A stretch of DNA of 64,000 bases from Alphaproteobacteria bacterium (lineage in GTDB: Bacteria; Pseudomonadota; Alphaproteobacteria; MPNO01; UBA830). Of the stretch, positions 1 through 13,218 are shown one piece after another. The DNA is taken from positions 576,001 to 640,000 of the forward strand of contig OZ219790.1 in NCBI GenBank assembly GCA_964291215.2, written 5' to 3'. The stretch's first letter is position 1. Each line of letters starts with the position of its first letter. Made by a program: the position numbers and the translations under genes. The notes under the pieces were generated by a model. The model saw only the letters and a program-made list of their open reading frames with translations, ran no database searches and was not told where the DNA came from.

Positions 1-3
1 ACC

Positions 4-3000
4 GCTTCAATGAGGCCGGGGCGCAAGCGCCCCGGATACTCACCCATTTCCTCGAATATCCGATTGAGCCAGCCGCGCGCTTCAATGAGGCCGGGGCGCA
101 AGCGCCCCGGATACGCCGAGACTGGCGTGGTTGATTGGGGGGCGACAAAATGCTTCAATGAGGCCGGGGCGCAAGCGCCCCGGATACGGAAGAGGCGCTT
201 GCTGCATTCCAGGAGTTGTCGGTGCTTCAATGAGGCCGGGGCGCAAGCGCCCCGGATACTCTGTAATGGCGCACTCGGGTTGTCCGAAGAGGCGCCGCTT
301 CAATGAGGCCGGGGCGCAAGCGCCCCGGATACCGCGAGTTCGCCTTCAAGACCCCCGTCGCCGCCATGCTTCAATGAGGCCGGGGCGCAAGCGCCCCGGA
401 TACGTCGGATTCTCAGTGGACCGCGGCCCACGAGCTCTACGGGCTTCAATGAGGCCGGGGCGCAAGCGCCCCGGATACAGCGATGACAGACCGCAGTGAC
501 GCCGTGCGGCGCGAGCTTCAATGAGGCCGGGGCGCAAGCGCCCCGGATACGCAATAGTCGGAAAGCGATGATCCAGGCCAAAATGCTTCAATGAGGCCGG
601 GGCGCAAGCGCCCCGGATACCGCGCGCGTTATGCGGATCAGCCAAATTCCGACCCGAGCTTCAATGAGGCCGGGGCGCAAGCGCCCCGGATACAGGTCGA
701 AGCTGCGGAAGATGCTGTTGAGGCCGCCGAGGCTTCAATGAGGCCGGGGCGCAAGCGCCCCGGATACCCGCATTTTCGGTCCATTGTGCCCCGTGGGAGC
801 CCGGGGCTTCAATGAGGCCGGGGCGCAAGCGCCCCGGATACCTGCTTGATGCGGCGATATCGGAGGAAAAAAGCTATGCTTCAATGAGGCCGGGGCGCAA
901 GCGCCCCGGATACGTGGCGCGGGATTGCGCCGTTCGATGATTCAAATAGCTTCAATGAGGCCGGGGCGCAAGCGCCCCGGATACTCGCCCGCTCCGCATG
1001 CTCGATGGAACGAGGCATCCAGCTTCAATGAGGCCGGGGCGCAAGCGCCCCGGATACCGGGCTGGAACATCGCGGCGGGCAAAGAACTCGCATAGCTTCA
1101 ATGAGGCCGGGGCGCAAGCGCCCCGGATACACGCCGACGAAGGTGTTCGACGATCTTTATCTGGCGCTTCAATGAGGCCGGGGCGCAAGCGCCCCGGATA
1201 CATAGCGCGTGAGACCAGCCTGAATCCGCTCTTCAAGCTTCAATGAGGCCGGGGCGCAAGCGCCCCGGATACCTGGCAACGCCTTCAAGACTGGCAAGAT
1301 TGGTCATGTGCTTCAATGAGGCCGGGGCGCAAGCGCCCCGGATACACTGGGAGATCAGAGGTGGCTAAGACGGCCTACGGGCTGCTTCAATGAGGCCGGG
1401 GCGCAAGCGCCCCGGATACGACGCCCACCACACTGGAGATTCTGACGGGTGCGCGCGCTTCAATGAGGCCGGGGCGCAAGCGCCCCGGATACCACTCGAA
1501 GCGCGACGACGCGCAATACGAGGCGCTGCTTCAATGAGGCCGGGGCGCAAGCGCCCCGGATACCGCGATACATTCAGGGCCGCGGGCTCCTGGCGATGGC
1601 GCTTCAATGAGGCCGGGGCGCAAGCGCCCCGGATACCCAGGGCGCACAGGGGCAAAATGGGAGCGGCTGAACTCGCTTCAATGAGGCCGGGGCGCAAGCG
1701 CCCCGGATACGACGGAATACTCGTAGCCGCTCTCATCAGCCAGCCGTGCGCTTCAATGAGGCCGGGGCGCAAGCGCCCCGGATACTGAGTTCCGCGGGTT
1801 TGGGAAACGGTGGGGCCATCTGCTTCAATGAGGCCGGGGCGCAAGCGCCCCGGATACCTCGCCCGGGTTGCCAGCGATCAGCGCGGCAAGGGGCTTCAAT
1901 GAGGCCGGGGCGCAAGCGCCCCGGATACTCGAATTGCACACTCGCGATCAGCGTCCCGACGGGCGCTTCAATGAGGCCGGGGCGCAAGCGCCCCGGATAC
2001 GCCGGCGCCGTACGCGCCGTCCTCGATAACATCGGTGCTTCAATGAGGCCGGGGCGCAAGCGCCCCGGATACCACTGCCATTCGTCCCCGCAGATTCTAC
2101 CGATCCTAGGCTTCAATGAGGCCGGGGCGCAAGCGCCCCGGATACTGCTTCCTGGTCGGCGAGCAGCGCGTTTGCCTGACGCTGCTTCAATGAGGCCGGG
2201 GCGCAAGCGCCCCGGATACCCCTGGGCTCCATTTGGAGCTCCCTAACATCTTTGGAGAAGCTTCAATGAGGCCGGGGCGCAAGCGCCCCGGATACGCATC
2301 TTCCTCAGCTTCAACCTTCCATCCGTCGACTCGCTTCAATGAGGCCGGGGCGCAAGCGCCCCGGATACAGGTTCGCAATCTCAAGGCCGACTTTGAGGCT
2401 GCCAAGCTTCAATGAGGCCGGGGCGCAAGCGCCCCGGATACTGCGTCTCGTGCGCCCGGGTTGCCATGGCGTCGTCGCTTCAATGAGGCCGGGGCGCAAG
2501 CGCCCCGGATACCGAGAAATCGGCGATAGTCGCGGCCACGCAGGCCATTGCTTCAATGAGGCCGGGGCGCAAGCGCCCCGGATACTTTTGCGCTGGTCGC
2601 GCTCGAGGAAGTGTAAGGCAGGGCTTCAATGAGGCCGGGGCGCAAGCGCCCCGGATACTCATGCGCAGCTGAGCCGGGAAATCGGCGTGGTGGCGCTTCA
2701 ATGAGGCCGGGGCGCAAGCGCCCCGGATACAAGGTGGTCAACGGCCTCCAGGGCACCGGGTCCGTGGCTTCAATGAGGCCGGGGCGCAAGCGCCCCGGAT
2801 ACCTCGCATCGTTTGCCGGCGGAATCTCGGGCAAGCGCTTGCTTCAATGAGGCCGGGGCGCAAGCGCCCCGGATACCCAATCTCCTAGGTTGAGGGATCT
2901 AGTCATCGATCAGGCTTCAATGAGGCCGGGGCGCAAGCGCCCCGGATACGAGCGTGGCGAACGTGCGCTACACGGTGGTCGGTTCCGGGCTTCAATGAGG

Positions 3001-5216
3001 CCGGGGCGCAAGCGCCCCGGATACAGGGCAGCATAGACATTATTCGGGCCCATAGCGGCCAGCTTCAATGAGGCCGGGGCGCAAGCGCCCCGGATACTAG
3101 CAAAAGTGGAACGCGAGATCGAGATCGGCAACAGAGCTTCAATGAGGCCGGGGCGCAAGCGCCCCGGATACTCACAACCAAGGACAACGCCCCGTCGGCG
3201 CTGTTTCCGCTTCAATGAGGCCGGGGCGCAAGCGCCCCGGATACGAACTGGTGTTCGCCAGGGCGCACCTCAGACAGACAAAGCTTCAATGAGGCCGGGG
3301 CGCAAGCGCCCCGGATACCACGCCTCCCAGCGTGGATCGTCCTCGCGAATCTGAGCTTCAATGAGGCCGGGGCGCAAGCGCCCCGGATACGCGGACGATC
3401 AGCAGGATACTTCGCAAGACGTCGACGCTTCAATGAGGCCGGGGCGCAAGCGCCCCGGATACAGTGCCTGGGAGCGCGAGACTACGTTTACCATCCGGCT
3501 TCAATGAGGCCGGGGCGCAAGCGCCCCGGATACTCAGATATGCACGCGTCTTCTCATCGCTGGCGGCATAGCTTCAATGAGGCCGGGGCGCAAGCGCCCC
3601 GGATACCTCGTCGTGTCGCTGGTGCCCTCGCCCTCCGCGATGGCTTCAATGAGGCCGGGGCGCAAGCGCCCCGGATACCAGCACGCGATGCCCACGCCGC
3701 TGTTCACATCGCCGCGCTTCAATGAGGCCGGGGCGCAAGCGCCCCGGATACCTGGACCATGATGTCGACGATCCTGAGCCCGATATCCCGCTTCAATGAG
3801 GCCGGGGCGCAAGCGCCCCGGATACCCGCGTGCATCGCCGGATACGTGTTACAGCTAGGCTGCAGCTTCAATGAGGCCGGGGCGCAAGCGCCCCGGATAC
3901 CGCGATGGTCGCGATGCTGACGGCTCTCGAGGATCGTCGCTTCAATGAGGCCGGGGCGCAAGCGCCCCGGATACCGGCAAAGTCATCAAGAACGAACCCA
4001 CCGCCAGCCTGCTTCAATGAGGCCGGGGCGCAAGCGCCCCGGATACTCGAACCCCGATAATGCCACAGGCCAATTCGGTACCGTGCTTCAATGAGGCCGG
4101 GGCGCAAGCGCCCCGGATACATCAAATGAACGACACCACCGCCTTCAGTCACTACTCGCTTCAATGAGGCCGGGGCGCAAGCGCCCCGGATACGATCTGC
4201 AGGGCCGAAGCCGGGCGCTCGCCAACCTGATGCTTCAATGAGGCCGGGGCGCAAGCGCCCCGGATACTCGATTACGGCGGCCATCGCGCTTCGATCCCCT
4301 GGTCGCTTCAATGAGGCCGGGGCGCAAGCGCCCCGGATACCTGGCTGCAGCGTTCGGCGGCTCGGGCGGCGGTCCGCTTCAATGAGGCCGGGGCGCAAGC
4401 GCCCCGGATACCCGTCTGTGGCAGACCAACTTCGGGGTTTCGCCGGAGCTTCAATGAGGCCGGGGCGCAAGCGCCCCGGATACACCGCATCTCCGGTTCT
4501 ATCGATGGCGCGATCGCGAGCTTCAATGAGGCCGGGGCGCAAGCGCCCCGGATACTTCTCAGCGCAAATCCGGTACTCCGCATCCCTCAGCGCGCTTCAA
4601 TGAGGCCGGGGCGCAAGCGCCCCGGATACTAGCCGGATTGTCCGGCGGGAAGGCAGCAATGATAGCCGCTTCAATGAGGCCGGGGCGCAAGCGCCCCGGA
4701 TACTCGGCGAGATTCTCACTGAGATCAGCATCGCGGCCAAGGCTTCAATGAGGCCGGGGCGCAAGCGCCCCGGATACCGCCGATCGAGGGCGTGGAGAAA
4801 ATCTGGGTCGACGGCGCTTCAATGAGGCCGGGGCGCAAGCGCCCCGGATACCACCCGAGGAGACGCACAGCGGCCAGAGGATTCGACGGCTTCAATGAGG
4901 CCGGGGCGCAAGCGCCCCGGATACCCCAAATTCGAGGCATGGTTGTCCCTCCTATACGAGTTGCTTCAATGAGGCCGGGGCGCAAGCGCCCCGGATACTA
5001 CGCGGGCGGCCCCAAAAATGAGGCCCTTTCGCCAAGCTTCAATGAGGCCGGGGCGCAAGCGCCCCGGATACTCCGTATTGTTTACGAGGCCATCCCGACG
5101 CGCGCCGGGCTTCAATGAGGCCGGGGCGCAAGCGCCCCGGATACCCACTACGTACCCAGCGCGTTCGTCGACATCTACGAGCTTCAATGAGGCCGGGGCG
5201 CAAGCGCCCCGGATAC
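4..5216 (-). CRISPR. CRISPR array, 72 repeats / 71 complete spacers (34-40 nt); repeat GTATCCGGGGCGCTTGCGCCCCGGCCTCATTGAAGC on the minus strand; probably continues beyond the window start
   Basis: 36-bp + strand unit GCTTCAATGAGGCCGGGGCGCAAGCGCCCCGGATAC counted from 4 to 5181 at 70-76 bp periods. Internal palindrome CCGGGGCGC/GCGCCCCGG. The ATTGAAGC 3' end and adjacent cas2 indicate minus-strand transcription. Confidence 0.99.
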
Positions 5217-5474
5217 AGGTACTATACAACCTGTTGGCCACCAAGACAAAATCCGGTCGATTTCGAGCGGTTCGGGAATTTCCCCACCACAGGCATCTTT
5301 TCGCTACCTCGCGTGTCCTGGTGACTGCACGATGGCTCCAGGAATCAATATGTTGCGCAGTTTCTAGCAGTTCCCGGCAATTCTGCGTTGCCTCGCCATT
5401 CGAACCGCCTCGGCGGAACTCGCAAAGGCTGATTTCGGCGTCAGGCGCCGTAGTCGCTTGAAGCGGATACACCT
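5217..5474 (-). promoter_or_regulatory. CRISPR leader
   Basis: Non-repeat 258-bp segment between the cas2 stop and the first repeat in transcription order. Confidence 0.8.
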
Positions 5475-5768
5475 TCATACAACTACTGCCTGACGTTCGA
5501 TCGCCGAAAAGGTCTTGCCGATGCTCATGACGGCAATATCGGTTTTGTCCACTGGACCGATGTCGATCACCAGAACGTGATCCTCGCCAGCCTTGACGAG
5601 TTCGCGCAGCTTCGTTTCAAGCTCGGCACGGCGCCGACGCGACAGGCGGCACTGGAACACCGATAGCTGGAGCCACTCGCCAAACCCGTTCATGGTCTTG
5701 AATACGCGCCGCCAGCGTCGCGTATCCGAGATGTCGTATGTCACGATGTAGGTGCGCTCATCACTCAT
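5475..5768 (-). CDS. cas2: CRISPR-associated endonuclease Cas2
   Basis: 97 aa; YIVTYDIS and WLQLSVFQC motifs; adjacent to array and cas1. Confidence 0.97.
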   Translation of the reverse strand: MSDERTYIVTYDISDTRRWRRVFKTMNGFGEWLQLSVFQCRLSRRRRAELETKLRELVKAGEDHVLVIDIGPVDKTDIAVMSIGKTFSAIERQAVVV

Positions 5769-5780
5769 GGTGGCTGCCTG

Positions 5781-7523
5781 TCATCGGGGAAGGTAGTGCG
5801 GATAGTCGGGCAATTCGCCCAACAAGTGGCGGCACAGCAGGCGCGCCTGGAGCAGCAAAAGCCGTCGCATGCTGAGCCGGTAGCCGAACAGCGGGTGAGT
5901 GGTTTCCTGAGAGAGCCGTCGCTCGAACGCGCCGACGAAACGACGGCGCCCTGCCGGTGTCAGAGACGTGCCCGTCGGAGCGCTCACGAAGTCCTCCGGC
6001 GAGACCTCGCCGGTGTTGACCACCGTTAGGACTACCGAATCTGCGATGATCGGCCGAAACGGCTCCATCACGTCGAGGGTAAGCGCAGGCTTTCCGTATC
6101 GGGGCGCATGGAAAAAGCCTCGATAGGGGTCAAGGCCAACTGTGGCGAGCGCGACGGTCAGGTGGCGCGTCAGCATGGCATATGCGAGCGACAGCATGGC
6201 ATTTACGGGATCGCTCGGAGGGCGCCGGTTGCGGGCGTCGAAACGGAACGGCGCCAGGCCATTTCCGGCCTCCGGCGATTCCCTGACGCCCGGCGGCACC
6301 AGCAGATCAGAAAATGCACGGAAGTATGTCGCTGCCGCGTCACCTTCCAGTCCGAGCAATGCACTCACCGCAGCTGCGCGTTTCGTCGACCTGCGGGCAG
6401 CGTTGAGCCGGTCCAGCACGGCCTTGCGCGGATCGCGATCACCGCGCCAGTTACGGCGCACAATGGTTCGCTGGTTCACGATCTTGGCGGCAACCAGATT
6501 TCGGGCAAAGGCCAGACAATAGGTCGAGTCGAAGCTGCGCTGATACTGCGCCGTTCTGACCTCCACATTTCGGTGGCCGATTCCGTGGGCGATGCCGCGA
6601 AACCAGCCGCCGTGACTGTGGAAGGCGACCGGGATTTCGCGGTCCATGAGTGCGGCAAGCGCGGGCGTTGTGATCGAGACATTCCCGAACAGCGCCACAT
6701 CGGACACGTCGTTCAGCCGCACCGTGGTGTCACCCTGCTCCCCGTCAGCGACCTTCAGAGTTTCGCCTTCTTTGGAGACCCGTGCCCTCTGCGACTGGAC
6801 GACCAGCGGCAGCGCCTCGTCCGCCCCGATGGCAATGGGGCGGGGCGCCAGGCCGGAGCCCCCGATCGCACGCACCTCGTCCGGCAGGCAAATAGACACG
6901 AGCGCGCAGCGTGGACATTTCGGGCTGTCGCTCAAGGGCGGCGGAATACGGCCGTGGGCCACCGTCAGGCGCAACCGGCTCACCGCCTCCCGCGCGGCGA
7001 GGCGGAGCTCATCGTCCAGGACAATCCGGACGCGCTCACGACTTTCAGCATACCAGACGGCGCCTTCGTTGACCTTGTAGCCGTGCTCTTCAAGCAGCAG
7101 CGCCTGAAGGCAGACCTGGATACGCTCCGGTTCGTAGACGCCCTTCGCCACATGGGGCCGCTTGCCGCGTTTGTAGTCGACCGGCGTAACCGCGCCGTTC
7201 TCGGCCTCGGCGATGTCGATCTTCGCGATCACACCGAGCTTGTCGGACGAAAGCGTCAGGGAGCGACTGACAACCTTGTTATCATCGGTTTCCAGAGCTT
7301 CGGGATCGGGCAGCGGTTTGTTGGGTCGGTCGACCCGAGTATGGACCCGCCGCCCGTCAACCGTGTCTCCGGTCTCCGACCATTCGGCCTGACCCCACAT
7401 AAGATAGGCGAGCCGCGGGCAATAGACGAACTCGTTCACCATCCTTGCCGGGACCAGCGGATGCTCGCCTGTTGCTGAAGGCGCGGGAAGATGGAGTTCG
7501 AGTTGTTGGAACGACAAAGGCAT
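5781..7523 (-). CDS. cas4-cas1: Cas4-Cas1 fusion (type I-G adaptation module)
   Basis: N-terminal Cas4: YCPRL, KIDIAE, PVDYKRG, QVCLQ, CPRC..C Fe-S cysteines. C-terminal Cas1: LLGLEGDAA, RRPPSDPVNAMLS, GFFH, LDVMEPFRP. Start set at ATG 7523. Confidence 0.96.
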   Translation of the reverse strand: MPLSFQQLELHLPAPSATGEHPLVPARMVNEFVYCPRLAYLMWGQAEWSETGDTVDGRRVHTRVDRPNKPLPDPEALETDDNKVVSRSLTLSSDKLGVIAKIDIAEAENGAVTPVDYKRGKRPHVAKGVYEPERIQVCLQALLLEEHGYKVNEGAVWYAESRERVRIVLDDELRLAAREAVSRLRLTVAHGRIPPPLSDSPKCPRCALVSICLPDEVRAIGGSGLAPRPIAIGADEALPLVVQSQRARVSKEGETLKVADGEQGDTTVRLNDVSDVALFGNVSITTPALAALMDREIPVAFHSHGGWFRGIAHGIGHRNVEVRTAQYQRSFDSTYCLAFARNLVAAKIVNQRTIVRRNWRGDRDPRKAVLDRLNAARRSTKRAAAVSALLGLEGDAAATYFRAFSDLLVPPGVRESPEAGNGLAPFRFDARNRRPPSDPVNAMLSLAYAMLTRHLTVALATVGLDPYRGFFHAPRYGKPALTLDVMEPFRPIIADSVVLTVVNTGEVSPEDFVSAPTGTSLTPAGRRRFVGAFERRLSQETTHPLFGYRLSMRRLLLLQARLLCRHLLGELPDYPHYLPR

Positions 7524-7577
7524 GCATCCTGATTTAACGACAATCGTGCTGTGGCGTCGGCAGGTCTGTCTGTACGC

Positions 7578-7669
7578 CACTCAATGAGTCTGGTTCATCG
7601 TCGACCCGAAGTACCATGCGCACAAATTGCCACTGCATTACAGCCTCTACGCTCCAATAAGAGCTGGAT
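7578..7669 (-). CRISPR. Degenerate mini-array: partial repeat, 36-nt spacer, degenerate repeat
   Basis: 7578-7614 on minus matches the array repeat at 22/37 positions with one gap. 7651-7669 ends in ATTGGAGC versus ATTGAAGC. Exactly 36 nt separate the two. Confidence 0.55.
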
Positions 7670-8157
7670 GGGTGCAAGTCTGGTGGGCGATCGCAACCGC
7701 CGCTGCCCGGCCCTTTCGACCCGCGCAGCCCCGTCGTCAAGGCGCTCGATCCACGACCTCAAAACCTCGCAGCCCAGCGCGTTCACGTCCTCCTGAACAC
7801 GCTGCTCCATCTCCTCGAACGCCGCCGGGCAGGGCTCGACGCCAAGCGGCGCACGGCACACCGCCGCCAATCCCCTCAACGCTTCCAGAACACCAGCCGA
7901 CAAGCCCAGCAGATCGATAGACGAAGACAGCGCAGGCTGCGACACTGGCATGGGACCGCTCCCGAGGTTGACTTGAGCACTGCATCCTACCTCGCCTCTG
8001 GCGGAGCGGTCCCGCACAACGCACCGACAGCGCCCTACCGTGACAAAAGCAGACCCGCCAACCCCCGATTGTCATAAACCCCATAATCGGGAAGCCAAAA
8101 CAAAACCACAATCCTGACAAATCAACCGGTTGTGATCGCCACATCAGACTTGCACCC
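7670..8157 (-). mobile_element. Internally deleted ISKra4-like element (MITE-sized, 488 bp) with N-terminal transposase fragment
   Basis: Terminal inverted repeats GGGTGCAAGTCTG.TG(T)GGCGATC.CAACCG at both ends. Minus ORF fragment FEEMEQRVQEDVNALGCEVLRSWIERLD resembles ISKra4-type transposase N-termini. No clear target duplication. Confidence 0.75.
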
Positions 8158-8196
8158 GCCGCTGACAATCGCTTCTACGATCAGGGTGGTTAGCAA

Positions 8197-8226
8197 TTGA
8201 CAACCAACTATCAGAAAGCCTATCAT
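8197..8226 (+). promoter_or_regulatory. Candidate sigma70 promoter of the cas3-cmr operon
   Basis: TTGACA (8197-8202), 18-bp spacer, TATCAT (8221-8226), about 240 bp upstream of cas3. Confidence 0.55.
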
Positions 8227-8465
8227 GGCAAACGTTGTAAGGACAACATCAAAAAAGATGATAATCGTATGCGCATGACTGTCGCCCGTAAGGTTCTTCG
8301 GCTGCAAGCTGAACGGACCATCGTCCAAATCGACGACACTGCTCCTGACCGGCTTGGTTGGGCTGATAGGTCGTGTTCGGCTCTGGACACGGGCAGGTTG
8401 TCCCGGCCACAGCAGATCGGGAGTAAGCGCGTTCGCAGCAAGAACGGTTCAGGCTCGGACATGTG

Positions 8466-11299
8466 ATGCCGAAGGTCCATTTCGAAGACGCGTTCGAGGA
8501 GTTGACCGGACATCCGCCTTTTCCTTGGCAACAGAGATTATACGACAAGCATTTTGGGCGAGGTATGCTGCCCCCGGCGGTGGATATTCCCACAGGCTTG
8601 GGTAAAACCGCTATCATGGCGGTCTGGTTGCTGGCGCGGGCGGCAGGCGCACCCTTGCCCCGGCGCCTCGTCTATGTCGTCGACCGGCGGGCCGTGGTCG
8701 ATCAGGCAACCGAGTTCGCCGGGCAACTGAGGGAACGGCTGGGGGAGGACGAACGGCTTGGGCCGGTGCGATCCGCCCTCGGCCTCGGCAGCAAACGGTT
8801 GCCGATCTCCACCCTGCGCGGCCGGCACGCCGACAACCGGGAATGGATGGCTGATCCGGCGGCGCCGGCGATTGTCGTCGGCACCGTGGACATGGTAGGA
8901 TCGCGGCTACTGTTCGAAGGTTATGGTCTGTCCCGCCGGATGCGGCCCTTTGCGGCGGCGCTGCTTGGATGCGATGCCTTGGTGCTGCTGGACGAAGCGC
9001 ATCTTGTTCGCCCCTTCGAGCGCTTGCTCAAGACGATTGAAAAGGGGCGGCGGCGGGCGTTCGCGCAAGAGGCGGATGCGCAGGCGGGCGCGTTCGCCGG
9101 CCCTGCGGTCCACGATGGATTGCCGCCACCTTTCCATGTCCTGCCCCTGTCGGCCACACTGGGCCGCGAGTCCGATGGAAACCTGTTCCGCCTGAATGAC
9201 GATGATCGGAAGAACGGCACGGTCCGCGCCCGGTTGGAAGCACGCAAGAGATTGACAGTCGAGGACCTCCCGCCGGGTCTTAATCTCAATCAGGCACTTG
9301 TCGACCGGGCCTGGAACCTGATGGAGGCCGCTTGCGCAAACGCCGGACAGCCGCCTGCCGTGGCGGTCTACTGCGACCGCCGCACCGATGCCGGGAAGGT
9401 GGCGGACGATCTTCGCAAACGCGCCAGTCAAGAGCGGCCTCAGTCCGAAGTAATCCTCCTTGTTGGTGGCCGGCGGGTGCGTGAGCGGCACAAAGCCGCC
9501 GAAAAGTTGCAGGAACATGGCCTTGTCGGCGAAGCCAAAGACCTGCGCCGCACGCCCGTGTTCCTCGTCGCAACCTCCGCTGGCGAGGTCGGGGTCGATC
9601 TCGACGCCGATCACATGGTCTGCGACCTAGTGTCTTGGGAGCGTATGGTGCAGCGGCTCGGCCGGGTCAACCGGCGCGGTACGGGCGACGCGATGGTACG
9701 AGTGATCGACCAGGGCAAGCCGGACGAGAAGAAGGCGGGCGCGCTCGCCGTCGCCCGCCACGAGGCAGCGCGCAGTCTTCTTGATGCCCTGCCGCTGGGC
9801 GAGGCCGGCGAACGCCCGACCGGCCCCGGCGTCTTGGAGAACCTCGCCGCCGACCCGGCCCAACATGCACGAATCGCCGAAGCCACGACGCGAATGCCGC
9901 TTTACCCAGCGCTCACCCGCCCGCTGATCGATTCTTGGGCGATGACCGCGCTGGAACACCATGCCGGCCGGCCGGAAATCGGCCCGTGGCTGAGGGGTTG
10001 GGTGGAAGACAACGAGCCGCAAACCGCCGTGGTCTGGCGGCACCATCTGCCGCTGCACTTCCGGACGGACGGCGGCGCAGTGCAGGCGCAGGCGGAACAG
10101 GCGGTTCGGGCCTTCTTTGCCGCCGCACCGCCGCAGGCGGCGGAACTTCTGGAAACCGAGACGTCGCGAGTGGTTGATTGGCTCAAGAAGCGCGTGCGCA
10201 AGCAGTTGAAGGAATTGGATAGGGCGGCCGCGCGGGCGATCGAACCGTATCCCGCTCCCGTCGGCGACAGCGCGAACGACGAGGAAGAAACTGCCAGAGG
10301 CACGCGCCTTCTCGCGCCGCTGACCCGAAGCGGCCCCATCGCCTTTCTGGTCGACGCCGCCAACCGCCCGGCGGACGCTCTGAGCCTTGCGAAGATCGAC
10401 AGAATCCAGTCCCAGAACCTAAAAGCGCTACTTGCCGGCAAGCGGCTTGTGGTGGACGCGCGGTTCGGCGGAATCAGAAACGGCCTGCTGGACGATACGG
10501 CCAATGATTGTGCTTGTACGATTGAGGATAATTGGGGCAAGCCGGGCGATGATGGCGACGATCCAGAAGAGAATCCCTGGAACCTGAAGGTCGAGGTGTG
10601 TTCGGAAGATGCGCATAATTCCGACGGCTGGCAGGCGGTTCTGGAGGCGCCCTATTGCGTATCGGCGGAGGGCGAGACCTGGTCCCGGCTGATCATCTCG
10701 AAGCGCCGCGGCACCGGCGAGAGCGAGGACGCCCGGGCGATGGCACGCAAGGCCCAACGCCTTGACGAGCATCAGGAATGGGCGGAAAAGGAAGCCGCGC
10801 GTATCGCCGATGCGCTCGACCTCCCGGAGGCCGACAGGGCCATGCTGACCGCCGCTGCCCGCCATCACGACGACGGCAAGACGGCGAAACGCTGGCAGGA
10901 GGCCTTCAACGCGCCCCAAGACTGGCACGATGGTGGACCCTATGCCAAGACAACGGGGCCTTTCAATCGCCAGCGGCTGAACGGCTACCGGCACGAATTC
11001 AAGTCGGTGCTCGACGCCGAGAGGGTTGGCCTCGACGGCCTCGACCGTGGCGACCCGCGATTCGAACTGGCGCTGCACCTGATCGCCGCGCATCACGGCC
11101 GCGCCAGGCCCGGCATCGGCATCGAGGGCTACGACGAGGAGCCGCCGAGCGCGGCAGAACAAGCCGCGCGCGCGATTGCACTGCGCTTCGCGCGCCTGCA
11201 ACGGGAGTGGGGACCCTGGGGTCTCGCCTGGTGGGAGGCACTACTGCGCGCCGCCGACCAGGCGGCCTCGCGGCGGCTCGACGACGGAGAGGGGGACGC

Positions 11300-11303
<4 letters not shown>
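8466..11303 (+). CDS. cas3: Type I-G Cas3 helicase with C-terminal HD nuclease
   Basis: IPTGLGKT, DEAH, EVGVDLD, QRLGRVNRRG; C-terminal HHDDGK, RHE, AHHG, AADQAAS. Helicase-then-HD order is typical of I-G. Confidence 0.96.
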
Positions 11304-13215
<1,912 letters not shown>

Positions 13216-13218
13216 ACC

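Noticed and set aside
40-5180. Self-targeting spacers within the window
   Set aside because: None recognised by eye; an exhaustive search was not possible, so this is unproven either way.
10-5478. Dozens of ORFs with repeated MRPGRKRPGY / YPGRLRPGLIEA peptides
   Set aside because: Translations of the CRISPR repeat, not genes.
8122-8466. Small ORFs upstream of cas3 as a possible toxin or regulator
   Set aside because: No RBS or motif support, and they overlap the predicted promoter. Not excluded, but unsupported.
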